From contig CAZMIZ010000002.1 in NCBI GenBank assembly GCA_964566925.1, forward strand, positions 8,647 through 72,646: 64,000 nt of DNA, in the 5' to 3' direction. A model generated the notes under the pieces. That model had not been told where the DNA came from. It saw nothing but the letters and a program-made list of their open reading frames with translations, and made no database searches. The DNA is from an uncultured Gammaproteobacteria bacterium (GTDB taxonomy: Bacteria; Patescibacteriota; Microgenomatia; PFEM01; DATLAM01). Numbering within the stretch: position 1 is the first letter of the stretch; every line of letters starts with the position of its first letter. Position numbers and translations under genes: made by a program. Shown one piece after another: positions 1 through 9,200 of the stretch.

Positions 1-328
1 GGTTCAGGAGGTTTCTGAAATTTCTCAAGGATTGAAAAATTTAGCCCGAGAGCTGAAATTGCCGATCTTAGCGGTTTCCCAACTTTCGCGGGCCGTGGAA
101 CAAAGAGGGAAGAAAAAACCCCAACTAGCCGATTTACGAGAATCAGGAGCGATTGAACAGGATGCCGACGTGGTGATGTTTCTTTGGCGGCCCGAAGAAG
201 ATGATTTGGAAAATCTAATTTTAGAAGTAGCTAAACACCGCAATGGGCCTTTGCGCTCTATCAAGATTCGCTTCCGCGGCGACCGGATTAGGTTTTACGG
301 CGTTGAAGCCAAAAGAGCCAAGAAATAA
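1..328 (+). CDS. dnaB: Replicative DNA helicase, C-terminal part (5'-truncated by window)
   Basis: [41 protein letters not shown] motifs. Confidence 0.95.
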   Translation, partial: VQEVSEISQGLKNLARELKLPILAVSQLSRAVEQRGKKKPQLADLRESGAIEQDADVVMFLWRPEEDDLENLILEVAKHRNGPLRSIKIRFRGDRIRFYGVEAKRAKK

Positions 329-337
329 GCAGCCCTC

Positions 338-1006
338 ATGACCGATTATATTGCTCTTCCCAGCCAAAAGAGATATCTAAAAAAAGTAAAATCTCTCACT
401 AGGCCCTATAAGGTGGTAGCTTTAGGAGTTTCTTTGACAATCTTGCCAAAGGTCTATGCCCCAGGGGACGACAGCCTTCTTATGGCTAAGAAAATGAAGA
501 TTAAAAAAGGCGATATTGTTCTTGATTTGTGTAGCGGCTCTGGGATAGTTGCTATAGCGGCGGCAAAGACTGCCCGAAAAGTGATTGCCAGTGACATTAA
601 TCCCCAGGCAGTTAGGAATATTAAGATTAATGTTGAGAAGCTTAAATTAAAGAATGTTGAAGTAATCCAAAGCGATCTTTTCCAGAAGATAAGAGGAGGA
701 TTTGATGTGATCACTATCAATCCGCCTTATTCTGATCGTCAAGCCAAAGATAGAGTTGAAAGGATGTTCTGGGATTCAGGCAACAGTACGACTAAGAGGT
801 TTTTCGGGGAGGTGAAAAATTTTTTAAAGCCTGGAGGGAGAATCTATTTTGGTTGGGCAAACTTCGCTGATTTAGACATAGAATTGCCTAATAGGTTAGC
901 AAAACAGTTTGATTTTTCTATAAGGAAGGCGGCCGAGGTTAGACCTAAAGGTGAAGATTATAAGTTCTTATTGTTTGAAATAAGACCGAAAAGAGAAGGA
1001 AAATAA
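338..1006 (+). CDS. HemK/PrmC-like class I SAM-dependent methyltransferase
   Basis: VLDLCSGSG SAM motif, NPPY motif. Confidence 0.8.
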   Translation: MTDYIALPSQKRYLKKVKSLTRPYKVVALGVSLTILPKVYAPGDDSLLMAKKMKIKKGDIVLDLCSGSGIVAIAAAKTARKVIASDINPQAVRNIKINVEKLKLKNVEVIQSDLFQKIRGGFDVITINPPYSDRQAKDRVERMFWDSGNSTTKRFFGEVKNFLKPGGRIYFGWANFADLDIELPNRLAKQFDFSIRKAAEVRPKGEDYKFLLFEIRPKREGK

Positions 1007-1031
1007 ACTCCAATTTTCGCCTATTTTATAG

Positions 1032-1037
1032 TATAAT
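1032..1037 (+). promoter_or_regulatory. -10 element for the tRNA-efp transcript
   Basis: TATAAT 13 nt upstream of the outer tRNA-like scaffold. Confidence 0.6.
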
Positions 1038-1050
1038 AAGAGTATCTTTT

Positions 1051-1269
1051 GGCGCGGTGGCGGAATGAAAGTTGCTTTAATAACTTTGAATCGCTTTCGG
1101 CGATTGGGCAACGCGCCCGCCTAAATTTGCCGAGGTGCTGGAATTGGTAGACAGGCGGGTCTCAAAAACCTGTGGTTGGTAACAACCGTGAGGGTTCGAC
1201 TCCCTCCCTCGGCACAATTTTAGCAGGTGGTAGGCAACTACCGTGTGGGTTCGACTCCCACCCGCGCCA
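1051..1269 (+). ncRNA. Outer Leu-type tRNA-like scaffold interrupted in the D loop and anticodon loop; contains tRNA-Leu(CAA)
   Basis: Acceptor GGCGCGG(1051-1057)/CCGCGCC(1262-1268)+A, D-arm GCG..CGC, variable arm GGTAG-GCAA-CTACC, T arm GTGGG-TTCGACT-CCCAC. Confidence 0.75.
1129..1214 (+). tRNA. tRNA-Leu(CAA)
   Basis: Full type II cloverleaf: GCCGAGG/CCTCGGC+A, anticodon arm CGGGT-CTCAAAA-ACCTG, long variable arm, TTCGACT loop; CCA not encoded. Confidence 0.95.
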
Positions 1270-1272
1270 CTT

Positions 1273-1836
1273 ATGATTTCTATAACCGAATTAAGAAACG
1301 GCACCACTTTTCAAGAGGGTGGAAAACCCTTTTTGGTTTTGGATTACAAACACACCAAATTAGGTCGGGGCAAGGCGAATATTAAGATCAAAGTCAAAGA
1401 TCTTCTTTCGGGCCGGATTTTAGAGAAAACTTATATCTCCGGAGCTAAAGTGGAGCCAGTCGAGACCCAAAAGAGGCAGATGCAATATCTTTACCGGGAT
1501 GGAGAAAATTTTGTTTTCATGGATCCGAAAAGCTTTGAGCAAGCTACCTTTTCTTCCAAACTTCTAGGCGAGCAGGGCAGGTTTTTGAAAGAAGGCCAAC
1601 TAGTGTCGATTCTTTTTGGAGAAAAGAAGGCTCTTTTTGTTGAAATGCCAATCGGCGTGGTTTTTACTGTCAAAGAAACCGGTCCCGGCGTTAAGGGCGA
1701 CACGGCTACCAGATCTTTTAAGCCGGCTACTTTAGAAAATAGAGTTGTTGTTAAGGTGCCTTTGTTTATTAAAGTTGGTGACCAGGTGAAGATCGACACC
1801 AGAACCGGTGAATACCTCGAGAGGGCGGGGAATTAG
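1273..1836 (+). CDS. efp: Elongation factor P
   Basis: KLGRG, PGVKGDTA, KVPLFI..GD..KIDTRTGEY motifs; ATG 1273 preferred because the track start lies inside the tRNA-like sequence. Confidence 0.95.
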   Translation: MISITELRNGTTFQEGGKPFLVLDYKHTKLGRGKANIKIKVKDLLSGRILEKTYISGAKVEPVETQKRQMQYLYRDGENFVFMDPKSFEQATFSSKLLGEQGRFLKEGQLVSILFGEKKALFVEMPIGVVFTVKETGPGVKGDTATRSFKPATLENRVVVKVPLFIKVGDQVKIDTRTGEYLERAGN

Positions 1837-2267
1837 AGGAATAAAAGAATAAGGGCAATGATGATCACTTGAGGGAGAAGGCCCAAGAAAAAGAAATGTT
1901 TGCGATGGAAGCGATGGTGAAGCCGGTACAACTCTTCGGAAAAAGGTAGCTTTATCCCTAAAAATCGAAAGGGCGCATCAAGAAAATCGGGTGCCAAACT
2001 AAGGAGAATTCCCAACCAAAGAAGAGGAGAGAAAGAACGATCTTTTTGGAAGAGAAACCAGGAAACAATTAAGGCGAAGGTAAGCTCGGTAATGCCTAAA
2101 ATTGCCGTTTTTAATCGGCCTCTTTCTCTAAGCTTAGTGCCAAAATCCCAGTGAGGGACAGCATCCATAGCGTAATGAATTAGAAGAATCAAAGGGAGAG
2201 AGAAAAGGGGGCTTTTGACTTTGGTCACAATGAGGCCTCCGGTCAAGGCGTGGGTGGTAGAAAGCAT
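1833..2267 (-). CDS. Membrane protein, possible metal-dependent hydrolase
   Basis: TTHALTG, HYAMDAVPHWD, LAPD, HHRFH conserved His/Asp pattern in hydrophobic helices. Confidence 0.6.
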   Translation of the reverse strand: MLSTTHALTGGLIVTKVKSPLFSLPLILLIHYAMDAVPHWDFGTKLRERGRLKTAILGITELTFALIVSWFLFQKDRSFSPLLWLGILLSLAPDFLDAPFRFLGIKLPFSEELYRLHHRFHRKHFFFLGLLPQVIIIALILLFL

Positions 2268-2307
2268 GGTAGGAACGAGTATAGAATGGTATAATGAGGG
2301 AAGTCAA

Positions 2308-3096
2308 ATGTACCCAGCTTTGTTAACGATTGGTCCAGTCACGATTTATACTTTTAGCCTTTTTTTGTTTCTAGGGTTTTTTCTGGCTACTTTTCTTATC
2401 TGGCGTCGCTTAAAGGAGCAGGGTTGGCTGGAAGAGAGCATTCTTGACTTTTTGTTTCTGGCTACTTTTTTAGGGATAATTTTTGGACGGATAGTCTTTA
2501 TTGTTACCCATTTTGAGCTCTTTGGCTTTTCCGTAGTCCGTTTTTTCCTAATTAATCGCTTCCCTGGATTTTCTTTTTGGGGAGGTCTTTTAGGCGCCTT
2601 TTTGGCGATGTTTTATTACATTCGTAAAAACCGTTGGGATTTCTGGAGAGTCTTGGACGAAGTGGTTTTTGGCTTGGCCCCTTTTGCTGTTCTTTTTCAC
2701 TTGGGCTGTTTTTTTGATGGTTGTCAATTAGGCAGAGAAACGAGTGCCCTTTGGGGAGTCTTTTTCCCGGGGAGCCTGCTTCGCCGCCAACCAGTTTCGC
2801 TTTTTGAAGCCCTGGCCTTTTTTATTATTTGGCTTTTCTTATTGAGGATTGAGAGGCGCTGGCGGACTTGGGAGTGGTACAAAAGTCATGCTGAAGGCTT
2901 TCTCAGTTTAGTTTTCTTCATCCTTGCTTTTTTCTTTAGTTTTTGGCTTGCATTTTTAGAAGCTGGTAAGGTATACTGGTTATACTTTAAACAGTTATCT
3001 AGCCTAATTTTGGTGGCGGGGGCGGTGGTTCTTCTTTATCGCCTCTCCAGCCGAAAAATAAAAGAAGATTTAAGGCTTGAAAAAAGACTAAAATGA
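2308..3096 (+). CDS. lgt: Prolipoprotein diacylglyceryl transferase family
   Basis: MYP..L.IG, GRIVF, GFSFWGG, LGCFFDG, RQPVSLFE motifs. Confidence 0.8.
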   Translation: MYPALLTIGPVTIYTFSLFLFLGFFLATFLIWRRLKEQGWLEESILDFLFLATFLGIIFGRIVFIVTHFELFGFSVVRFFLINRFPGFSFWGGLLGAFLAMFYYIRKNRWDFWRVLDEVVFGLAPFAVLFHLGCFFDGCQLGRETSALWGVFFPGSLLRRQPVSLFEALAFFIIWLFLLRIERRWRTWEWYKSHAEGFLSLVFFILAFFFSFWLAFLEAGKVYWLYFKQLSSLILVAGAVVLLYRLSSRKIKEDLRLEKRLK

Positions 3097-3452
3097 TTAC
3101 CTTTCCCAAAAAATTACTTGAGCCGATTCGGGATTTTCTTTCTCGTGAGGAGAAGCGACTAGAGAAGAGAAAGAAGGTTTTAGAAAAAGAAGATCCTTTT
3201 GAAGATGTTCGGCGCTTGACTGATAATGCCGCTTCAGATGCCGATGCAGCTGAGCAGGCCGGCCACGAAAGGATTACGGCGCTTAAAACCGAGCTTGACA
3301 GAAAGCTAATCCAAGTGAGAAAGGCACTGACAATGATTAAGATCGGCAAATATGGAACCTGCGAAAAGTGTGGCCGAATGATTGACACCGATCGGTTGAT
3401 GATTTACCCCGAAGCCACGGTTTGCGTTAAGTGTAAGAAAAAAGAGGCTTAG
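3093..3452 (+). CDS. TraR/DksA C4-type zinc finger protein
   Basis: Coiled coil plus YGTCEKCG..I..DRL..PEATVCVKC. Confidence 0.9.
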   Translation: MITFPKKLLEPIRDFLSREEKRLEKRKKVLEKEDPFEDVRRLTDNAASDADAAEQAGHERITALKTELDRKLIQVRKALTMIKIGKYGTCEKCGRMIDTDRLMIYPEATVCVKCKKKEA

Positions 3453-3461
3453 GCCGATTAA

Positions 3462-4184
3462 GTGGAAGCTTCAAATCCGACTCCAAAGATTATTTTTCAA
3501 GACAATTCTCTTTTAGTTCTAGATAAGCCTGCCGGGATGGTGGTTAATCGGACTGAGGCGGCTAAAGGAAAGACGCTTCAAGACTGGATAGAACAAAATT
3601 TCCAGTTTCCAATTTCCGGCTGCCAGTTTCTTCGGAATGGTGTGGTCCACCGCCTAGATAAAGAAACAAGCGGCTTGTTACTAATAGCTAAAACAGAAAA
3701 GGCTTTTAAGGATCTCCAAAAACAGTTTAAAGAAAGAAGGGTGGAGAAGGGGTACCTGGCTTTGGTTCATGGTAGGGTTATCCCAGAAAAAGGAATGATT
3801 GAAGTACCCTTAAGTCGTGTTCCCAGAAACCAGAGGAAAATTGGGGTTTTCTTGGGTGGTAGAAGGGCTCAGACAAGATACCAGACAAGAGAACGTTATC
3901 GAAGAGACTCTGAAGAGTATTCCTTGCTTGAATTAAGGCCTAAAACTGGTCGGACTCACCAAATTAGGGTTCATTTGAAATTTGTTGGTCATCCGGTTGT
4001 GGGTGATGCCACCTATGCTGGCCGGAAAACAGCCCGTCAAGACCGCACTTGGTGTCCACGCCAATTTTTACACGCCTCCCAAATAGGTTTTTTCCATCCA
4101 GAGACTAAGAAGAAGGTAAAGTTTAAATCTTCCTTGGCTTCTGATCTTCAAGCCGCATTGACTCATCTTAGTTCCTTTAGGTAA
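3462..4184 (+). CDS. RluA-family RNA pseudouridine synthase
   Basis: DKPAG, VHRLDKETSG, TGRTHQIRVH, GDATY. Confidence 0.95.
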   Translation: MEASNPTPKIIFQDNSLLVLDKPAGMVVNRTEAAKGKTLQDWIEQNFQFPISGCQFLRNGVVHRLDKETSGLLLIAKTEKAFKDLQKQFKERRVEKGYLALVHGRVIPEKGMIEVPLSRVPRNQRKIGVFLGGRRAQTRYQTRERYRRDSEEYSLLELRPKTGRTHQIRVHLKFVGHPVVGDATYAGRKTARQDRTWCPRQFLHASQIGFFHPETKKKVKFKSSLASDLQAALTHLSSFR

Positions 4185-4196
4185 GATGGAAGAGCA

Positions 4197-5912
4197 ATGG
4201 GAGATTTAACTTTTGCTTCTAGTATTGTCATTGTTTTAGCCACCGCCTTTTTGGGAGGAGCCTTGGCTAAACGCTTTCGCCAGCCAGCCGTTTTAGGCTA
4301 TATTCTGGCGGGCTTAATCGTTGGCGGAAGCGCCATCAGGTTGGCTCGCGGAGAAGAAATTCTGGCCAGTTTTGCTGAAATCGGGATTGTTCTTTTAATG
4401 TTTGCTTTAGGGTTAGAACTTTCTTTGGGACGATTGCGTCGGGTAGGGGAGGTTGCCTTTTGGGGCGGGACAATTCAGATTCTAGTGGTTATTCTTTTAA
4501 GTGTTTTAATTTTCCCGCACTTTGGTTTTGATTTTTATTCTTCACTTTTCCTTGGTTGCGCTTTTTCTCTTTCTTCGACAGCGGTGGTAGTTAAAATTCT
4601 CTCAGAAAGGGGCGAAATTGACTCTCTTCCTGGCGAAATCATGCTTGGCTGGCTTTTAATTCAAGATTTGGCGGTTTTACCCATGATGGCCATCTTGCCC
4701 TCAATTGCCAATAGCGGGGGCAGTTATCGTTTCTTGATTATCGGCGTAGTCAAGGCAGTTTTTTTATTAGGCCTCGTTTTTACCTTAGGAAGGAAACTAG
4801 TGCCCTTTTTAATTGGGAAGGTGGCTGAATTGGGCTCAAGGGAATTGCTTTTAATGGCGGTGGTGGCTATTTGCCTCCTTTTCGCTGTTTTGACTGCTAA
4901 TTTAGGTCTTTCGGCCGCTTTAGGCGCTTTTCTAGCTGGTTTAATTATGGCTGAAACTAGCGAGCAACACGCTGTCTTTTCAGAAATTAGACCCTTAAGG
5001 GATTTTTTTGCGATTATCTTTTTTGTTTCTTTGGGAATGTTTCTTCAGCCCCAGTTTCTTTTTTCCCATTTAGGCCAAATTCTTATCTTCTCAATCGCGA
5101 TTATCCTTTTTAAACTTTTCTTGGTGTTTATCTTGGTCCTTTATCTGGGCTATCATACCAAAACTGCTTTTTTGGTGGGCATGGGCTTGGTTCAAGTAGG
5201 GGAGTTTGCTTTTATTTTAGCCCAAACAGGCTTAAGGGAACAGTTAATCGGCGATGAGGTTTATTCTTTAATTCTGGCGGTGGCTTTATTAACCATTCTG
5301 GTAACTCCCTGGTTAATTGGGGCGGCGCCTCGGGCCTATCTTTTTATTCGCAGAAAAACAAAAGAAAAAGAGCCGGTTCTTTATCGGGCTTTGTTTGCCC
5401 GTTTTGATCAATCTCCAGTTCATGAAGAGGGGATGGAGTTAAGCAATCACGTCGTTGTCTGCGGCCATGGTCGGGTCGGCGGCTGGCTCGGTCGGGCCCT
5501 AGAATTAACGGAGATTCCTTATATTGTCATTGATTACAATCATCGGATTATTAGTGAACTTAGTGATAAAGGTATTAAGGCTCTATATGGTGATCCGGCG
5601 GACATTGATGTTCTTGATTTTGCCCAGGTGGATAAAGCGAGAGCGGTGGTTATCGCTATTCCCGATCGACACACTCAAGAGCTGGTGGTTCAACATTGCC
5701 AGACCCTTAATCCAAAAGCAACCATTATTTGCCGGACTCACCGCGAAAAAGACCAGGCGCGACTAAAAGCACTGGGGGTAGAGACGGTCATCCAACCGGA
5801 ATTTGAAGCGTCTCTTTCGATGATTCACCGGGTTTTGCAAAAAATGGGAATTGAGCGCGAAGAGGTAGCCAACAAAATCAAAAGAATCAAACTGGAACAC
5901 GGGATGAGTTAA
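4197..5912 (+). CDS. CPA2 cation:proton antiporter with TrkA-N domain (YbaL/KefC-like)
   Basis: SLSSTAVV, LIQD, LGAFLAG, QVGEFAF; GHGRVG Rossmann C-terminus. Confidence 0.9.
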   Translation: MGDLTFASSIVIVLATAFLGGALAKRFRQPAVLGYILAGLIVGGSAIRLARGEEILASFAEIGIVLLMFALGLELSLGRLRRVGEVAFWGGTIQILVVILLSVLIFPHFGFDFYSSLFLGCAFSLSSTAVVVKILSERGEIDSLPGEIMLGWLLIQDLAVLPMMAILPSIANSGGSYRFLIIGVVKAVFLLGLVFTLGRKLVPFLIGKVAELGSRELLLMAVVAICLLFAVLTANLGLSAALGAFLAGLIMAETSEQHAVFSEIRPLRDFFAIIFFVSLGMFLQPQFLFSHLGQILIFSIAIILFKLFLVFILVLYLGYHTKTAFLVGMGLVQVGEFAFILAQTGLREQLIGDEVYSLILAVALLTILVTPWLIGAAPRAYLFIRRKTKEKEPVLYRALFARFDQSPVHEEGMELSNHVVVCGHGRVGGWLGRALELTEIPYIVIDYNHRIISELSDKGIKALYGDPADIDVLDFAQVDKARAVVIAIPDRHTQELVVQHCQTLNPKATIICRTHREKDQARLKALGVETVIQPEFEASLSMIHRVLQKMGIEREEVANKIKRIKLEHGMS

Positions 5913-6889
5913 TGAAAAAACACCTGCCTAAAAAAAAGAAAAAACGAGTCTCTCTCCGCTATTTGCTCTGGGCGATTCTTCTCGTTTTTCTTTTCGGTCT
6001 CGGCTGGCGCGCTTATTGTGGTTTAACCAGAAGCATTTGGGATGGAAGAAATCAGGTTAATCTTGTTTTTGCCGGTCAACCCACCCTGGTTGCCTCTTTT
6101 TCTCCTCTTCAGGGAAGCTTAGGAATTCTTTTAATCTCAGATAGAGCCTATATTAAAACGACGCATGGTTATGGCCAATATCGGATCGAGAAGATTTGGG
6201 AACTCGGTGAGCTTGAGGGTCGACCTGAGCTTTTAGCCGAAAGCGTTCAGGAAAGTTTAGGCTTGGTAATTGATGGTTGGATTGGTAGTCAAGAAAATAA
6301 AATGGTTTTTTCTTTCCCAGAAGAGGAAAAAGAAAAGCGGATTAAAAAAACAATCTTGGATTGTCTTTTCCAGTTGATCAGGAAAAAGAAGAAAACCAAT
6401 TTGACCCGTTGGGATTTAGTTAGGCTTTGGTGGCAAATCAGAGGCGTCCGTTTTGATAAAATCACCATCATTGATTTAGAAAAGACGAGCGCTCTTCTAC
6501 CTCTTGCTTTGCCGGACGGTACTTCGGGCTTTGAAATTGACCAAAACCGTTTAGATAGTTTTATCACCAGATATTTCCAAGATGAACAAATTAAAGAAGA
6601 AGACTTTTCCTTAGAAATCGTTAATGCGACTAGTCATTCCGGTCTCGCTGCCCAAGGAGCCAGGGTAGTTGCCAATCTCGGCGGTCGGGTGATTGCCATG
6701 AGCGACAGGGATTTAAAGATCAACACCTGCGAAATAAAAAGTCGAAGAGAAGAAAGAGGGAGCTATACTTTTAAGAAATTGATGAAGGTTTTTGATTGTC
6801 AAGCCAACCCTGAAGATTTAGAAGATTCTCGGGCCGGAGTCATGATTATTCTCGGAGAGGATTACTGGCAAAAGCTGGAAGAGAAATAA
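5912..6889 (+). CDS. Membrane-anchored protein with LytR C-terminal domain (LCP-like)
   Basis: N-terminal TM; EIVNATSHSGLA..IILGEDY motif. Confidence 0.7.
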   Translation: MKKHLPKKKKKRVSLRYLLWAILLVFLFGLGWRAYCGLTRSIWDGRNQVNLVFAGQPTLVASFSPLQGSLGILLISDRAYIKTTHGYGQYRIEKIWELGELEGRPELLAESVQESLGLVIDGWIGSQENKMVFSFPEEEKEKRIKKTILDCLFQLIRKKKKTNLTRWDLVRLWWQIRGVRFDKITIIDLEKTSALLPLALPDGTSGFEIDQNRLDSFITRYFQDEQIKEEDFSLEIVNATSHSGLAAQGARVVANLGGRVIAMSDRDLKINTCEIKSRREERGSYTFKKLMKVFDCQANPEDLEDSRAGVMIILGEDYWQKLEEK

Positions 6890-6894
6890 CTGGT

Positions 6895-7620
6895 TTAGTT
6901 TTTGCCTGATTCTTCTTCCTCTTCTTCGCCAGTAGGGGTGACTTCTGGTTTTTCTTCATAAAGAGTCCCGGGATCGAGGTAAGGAGAATAGGGAGTACCC
7001 GAAGGGGTAAAGGAGGGCAAGTTTTTGAAGCGCTGGCTCCGAAAGACTTCCCGAATAAAAACTTGGAGTTCGCCTTTGGCTACCGCTTTGACAAAAGCCT
7101 CATAACGATTGCCTCCCTGGATGAAGCGGATAAGGCGCTGAGAGAGATCATCAGGAACCGCCCCTAAATAACTGCCATCTTCGGTGGTGACGCTAATTTT
7201 CCTTTTCCTGGGGACGAGAAGAACTGGATCAGCATTGTCAAGAGCGGAAAGAGCACTCGGCTCGGCTAATTTTACCAATTTAACTACTTTGGTTTTGCCT
7301 GGCTCTTCAATAAAAATTTCACTGGGTGAAACCTCTTTCTTTTTTCGAACGACCTCCTTTTTAATTTTTCCAACTTTAGTCAGTCTTTCTAAATTTTTAA
7401 GGGCGATGGGATTATCTCGATCGAGAGATAGCACCTTTCGGTAATTTTTTTGGGCTGGTTCGATTCGACCCAGCTCGGCATAGGCACGAGCCAATCGGTT
7501 AAGAGCAGAAAGGTTATTGGGCTCTTTCTTGAGGATAGTTAGATTTAACCTTTGGGCTTCTTCCCAGTCGCTTTTGATGGCCGCCTTGATTGCCGCTCGT
7601 TCCAGTTGGGCAAGACTCAT
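6895..7620 (-). CDS. TPR-containing protein
   Basis: ALNRLARAYAELG..YRKVLSLD..NPIALKNL TPR; FIEEPGKTK. Confidence 0.75.
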   Translation of the reverse strand: MSLAQLERAAIKAAIKSDWEEAQRLNLTILKKEPNNLSALNRLARAYAELGRIEPAQKNYRKVLSLDRDNPIALKNLERLTKVGKIKKEVVRKKKEVSPSEIFIEEPGKTKVVKLVKLAEPSALSALDNADPVLLVPRKRKISVTTEDGSYLGAVPDDLSQRLIRFIQGGNRYEAFVKAVAKGELQVFIREVFRSQRFKNLPSFTPSGTPYSPYLDPGTLYEEKPEVTPTGEEEEEESGKN

Positions 7621-7691
7621 TGCTCTCTAAAGTACACCAATTAAATTGAAATTGTCAAGAATGAATGATAAAATTCCAACCAGGAATCATT

Positions 7692-8414
7692 ATGTCTGGG
7701 CACAGTAAGTGGAGCACCATTAAACGTCAGAAAGGCGTCGAGGATAAGCGTCGAGGCTCAGCCTTTAGTAAGTTATCGCGGGCAATTTCGGTGGCCGCCA
7801 GGGATGGAGCTGATCCTAAGACCAATTTTAAACTTAGATTGGCGATTGAAGAGGCGAAAACGGCCAATATGCCCAAAGAAACGGTTAAAAGGGCAATTGA
7901 ACGCGGTTCAGGTAGGGGAGGGATAGAGACTTTTGAGGAGGCGACCTATGAAGGTTATGGCCCCTCGGGAGTAGCGATTCTAGTTGAGGTTCTCACCGAT
8001 AATAAAAACCGGACGGTTTCTGCTCTCAAGAATATTTTTGAGCGGGGTGGGGGAAACCTGGCTGCACCTGGCTCAGTCGCCTATCAATTTGAAAAGATGG
8101 GGTTAATTACTATTAAGAAACCTAAAGACGTTGATCAGACTCTTCTAGCCATTATTGACTTAGGAGCAGATGATGTAGAAGAGGCGAGTGACGCCATCGA
8201 GGTCTATACCCAACCAGCTAACCTGGCTCAATTTCAGGAAAAACTTCAGACTGCCGGATTTGAAATCTTGGAGAGCCAGATTTTTATGCGCCCTAAGACG
8301 AGTGTGCCTATCAAAGAAAAGAAGCAAGCAGAAAGAATTTTTCGGTTGATGGAGAAATTAGAAGCCGAGGATGATGTTCAAAGGGTCTCTGCCAACTTTG
8401 ATATCGAAGAATAA
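7692..8414 (+). CDS. yebC: YebC/PmpR family protein
   Basis: MSGHSKWSTIKRQK, YEGYGP, TDNKNRT. Confidence 0.95.
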   Translation: MSGHSKWSTIKRQKGVEDKRRGSAFSKLSRAISVAARDGADPKTNFKLRLAIEEAKTANMPKETVKRAIERGSGRGGIETFEEATYEGYGPSGVAILVEVLTDNKNRTVSALKNIFERGGGNLAAPGSVAYQFEKMGLITIKKPKDVDQTLLAIIDLGADDVEEASDAIEVYTQPANLAQFQEKLQTAGFEILESQIFMRPKTSVPIKEKKQAERIFRLMEKLEAEDDVQRVSANFDIEE

Positions 8415-8425
8415 CTATTGAGCAG

Positions 8426-9199
8426 ATGATGACCAAAAGACAGAAATTTGTTATCACCACTGCCATTTTATCGGTTGGGCTTTTAGCGATTCAGATCGCC
8501 AATGTTACCTGGCGCTACCAGGCGATTGGTGTTTTAAGCATTTTAACTTATCTTTTGGCGGCCTGGTCGCTCCGGGAAGGTTTAGATGGGATTGAATGGT
8601 TGACCGTTTTGACTTTGCCACCTCTTTTTACGGCCGGGGTTGGCCTTTTTTATTTTTTGTTGCCGGCTCGCTGGTTAACCCGTTTACCGGTAGCGGCCGC
8701 TTTTGGTTTAGGCACTTATGCACTTCTTTTAACAGAAAATATTTTTTCAGTGGCTTCAATCAGAACGATTCAGCTTTTCCGAGCCGCCCAAGCCGTTGGT
8801 TTCTTGCTTACTTTAGTGACCGCTTTTTTCCTTTATGATACGATGTTTTCTTTTCGGCTTTCGTTTTGGGCCAATGCCTTACTAACTTTAATGATCAGTT
8901 TTCCGATTCTTTTGCAAGGTCTTTGGTCAGTCAAATTAGAAAAGAAAATCAGTGGTCAGGTTTGGCTTTATACTTTGGGACTATCTTTGGTTTTAGCTGA
9001 GGCAGCGGTCGTCATTTCTTTCTGGCCAGTGAATATTGCCTCGGGATCACTTTTCCTGGTTTCGGTGATGTATATCATCTTAGGTCTTTCCCAGCAGCAC
9101 TTGGCTCATCGGCTCTTTTCCCGAACGATTCAAGAATATCTAGGTGTGGGACTTGCGGTTTTGGGTATAATATTGTTAACCACTCATTGGGGAGGGTGA
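8426..9199 (+). CDS. Conserved polytopic membrane protein
   Basis: Multiple TM helices; NIFSVASIRTIQL.RAA segment. Confidence 0.7.
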   Translation: MMTKRQKFVITTAILSVGLLAIQIANVTWRYQAIGVLSILTYLLAAWSLREGLDGIEWLTVLTLPPLFTAGVGLFYFLLPARWLTRLPVAAAFGLGTYALLLTENIFSVASIRTIQLFRAAQAVGFLLTLVTAFFLYDTMFSFRLSFWANALLTLMISFPILLQGLWSVKLEKKISGQVWLYTLGLSLVLAEAAVVISFWPVNIASGSLFLVSVMYIILGLSQQHLAHRLFSRTIQEYLGVGLAVLGIILLTTHWGG

Positions 9200-9200
9200 A

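Noticed and set aside
1215-1269. 3' tRNA fragment as an att site of an integrated element
   Set aside because: It has its own matching 5' half upstream, differs from the inner tRNA by compensatory changes, and no integrase or cargo lies between.
1051-1269. tmRNA or group I intron-containing tRNA
   Set aside because: No G3-U70 alanine identity, tag ORF or pseudoknots; the inserts are too short and lack a group I core.
1243-1272. Extended efp N-terminus from the ORF track
   Set aside because: Lies within the T arm and acceptor stem of the tRNA-like scaffold; EF-P similarity begins at ATG 1273.
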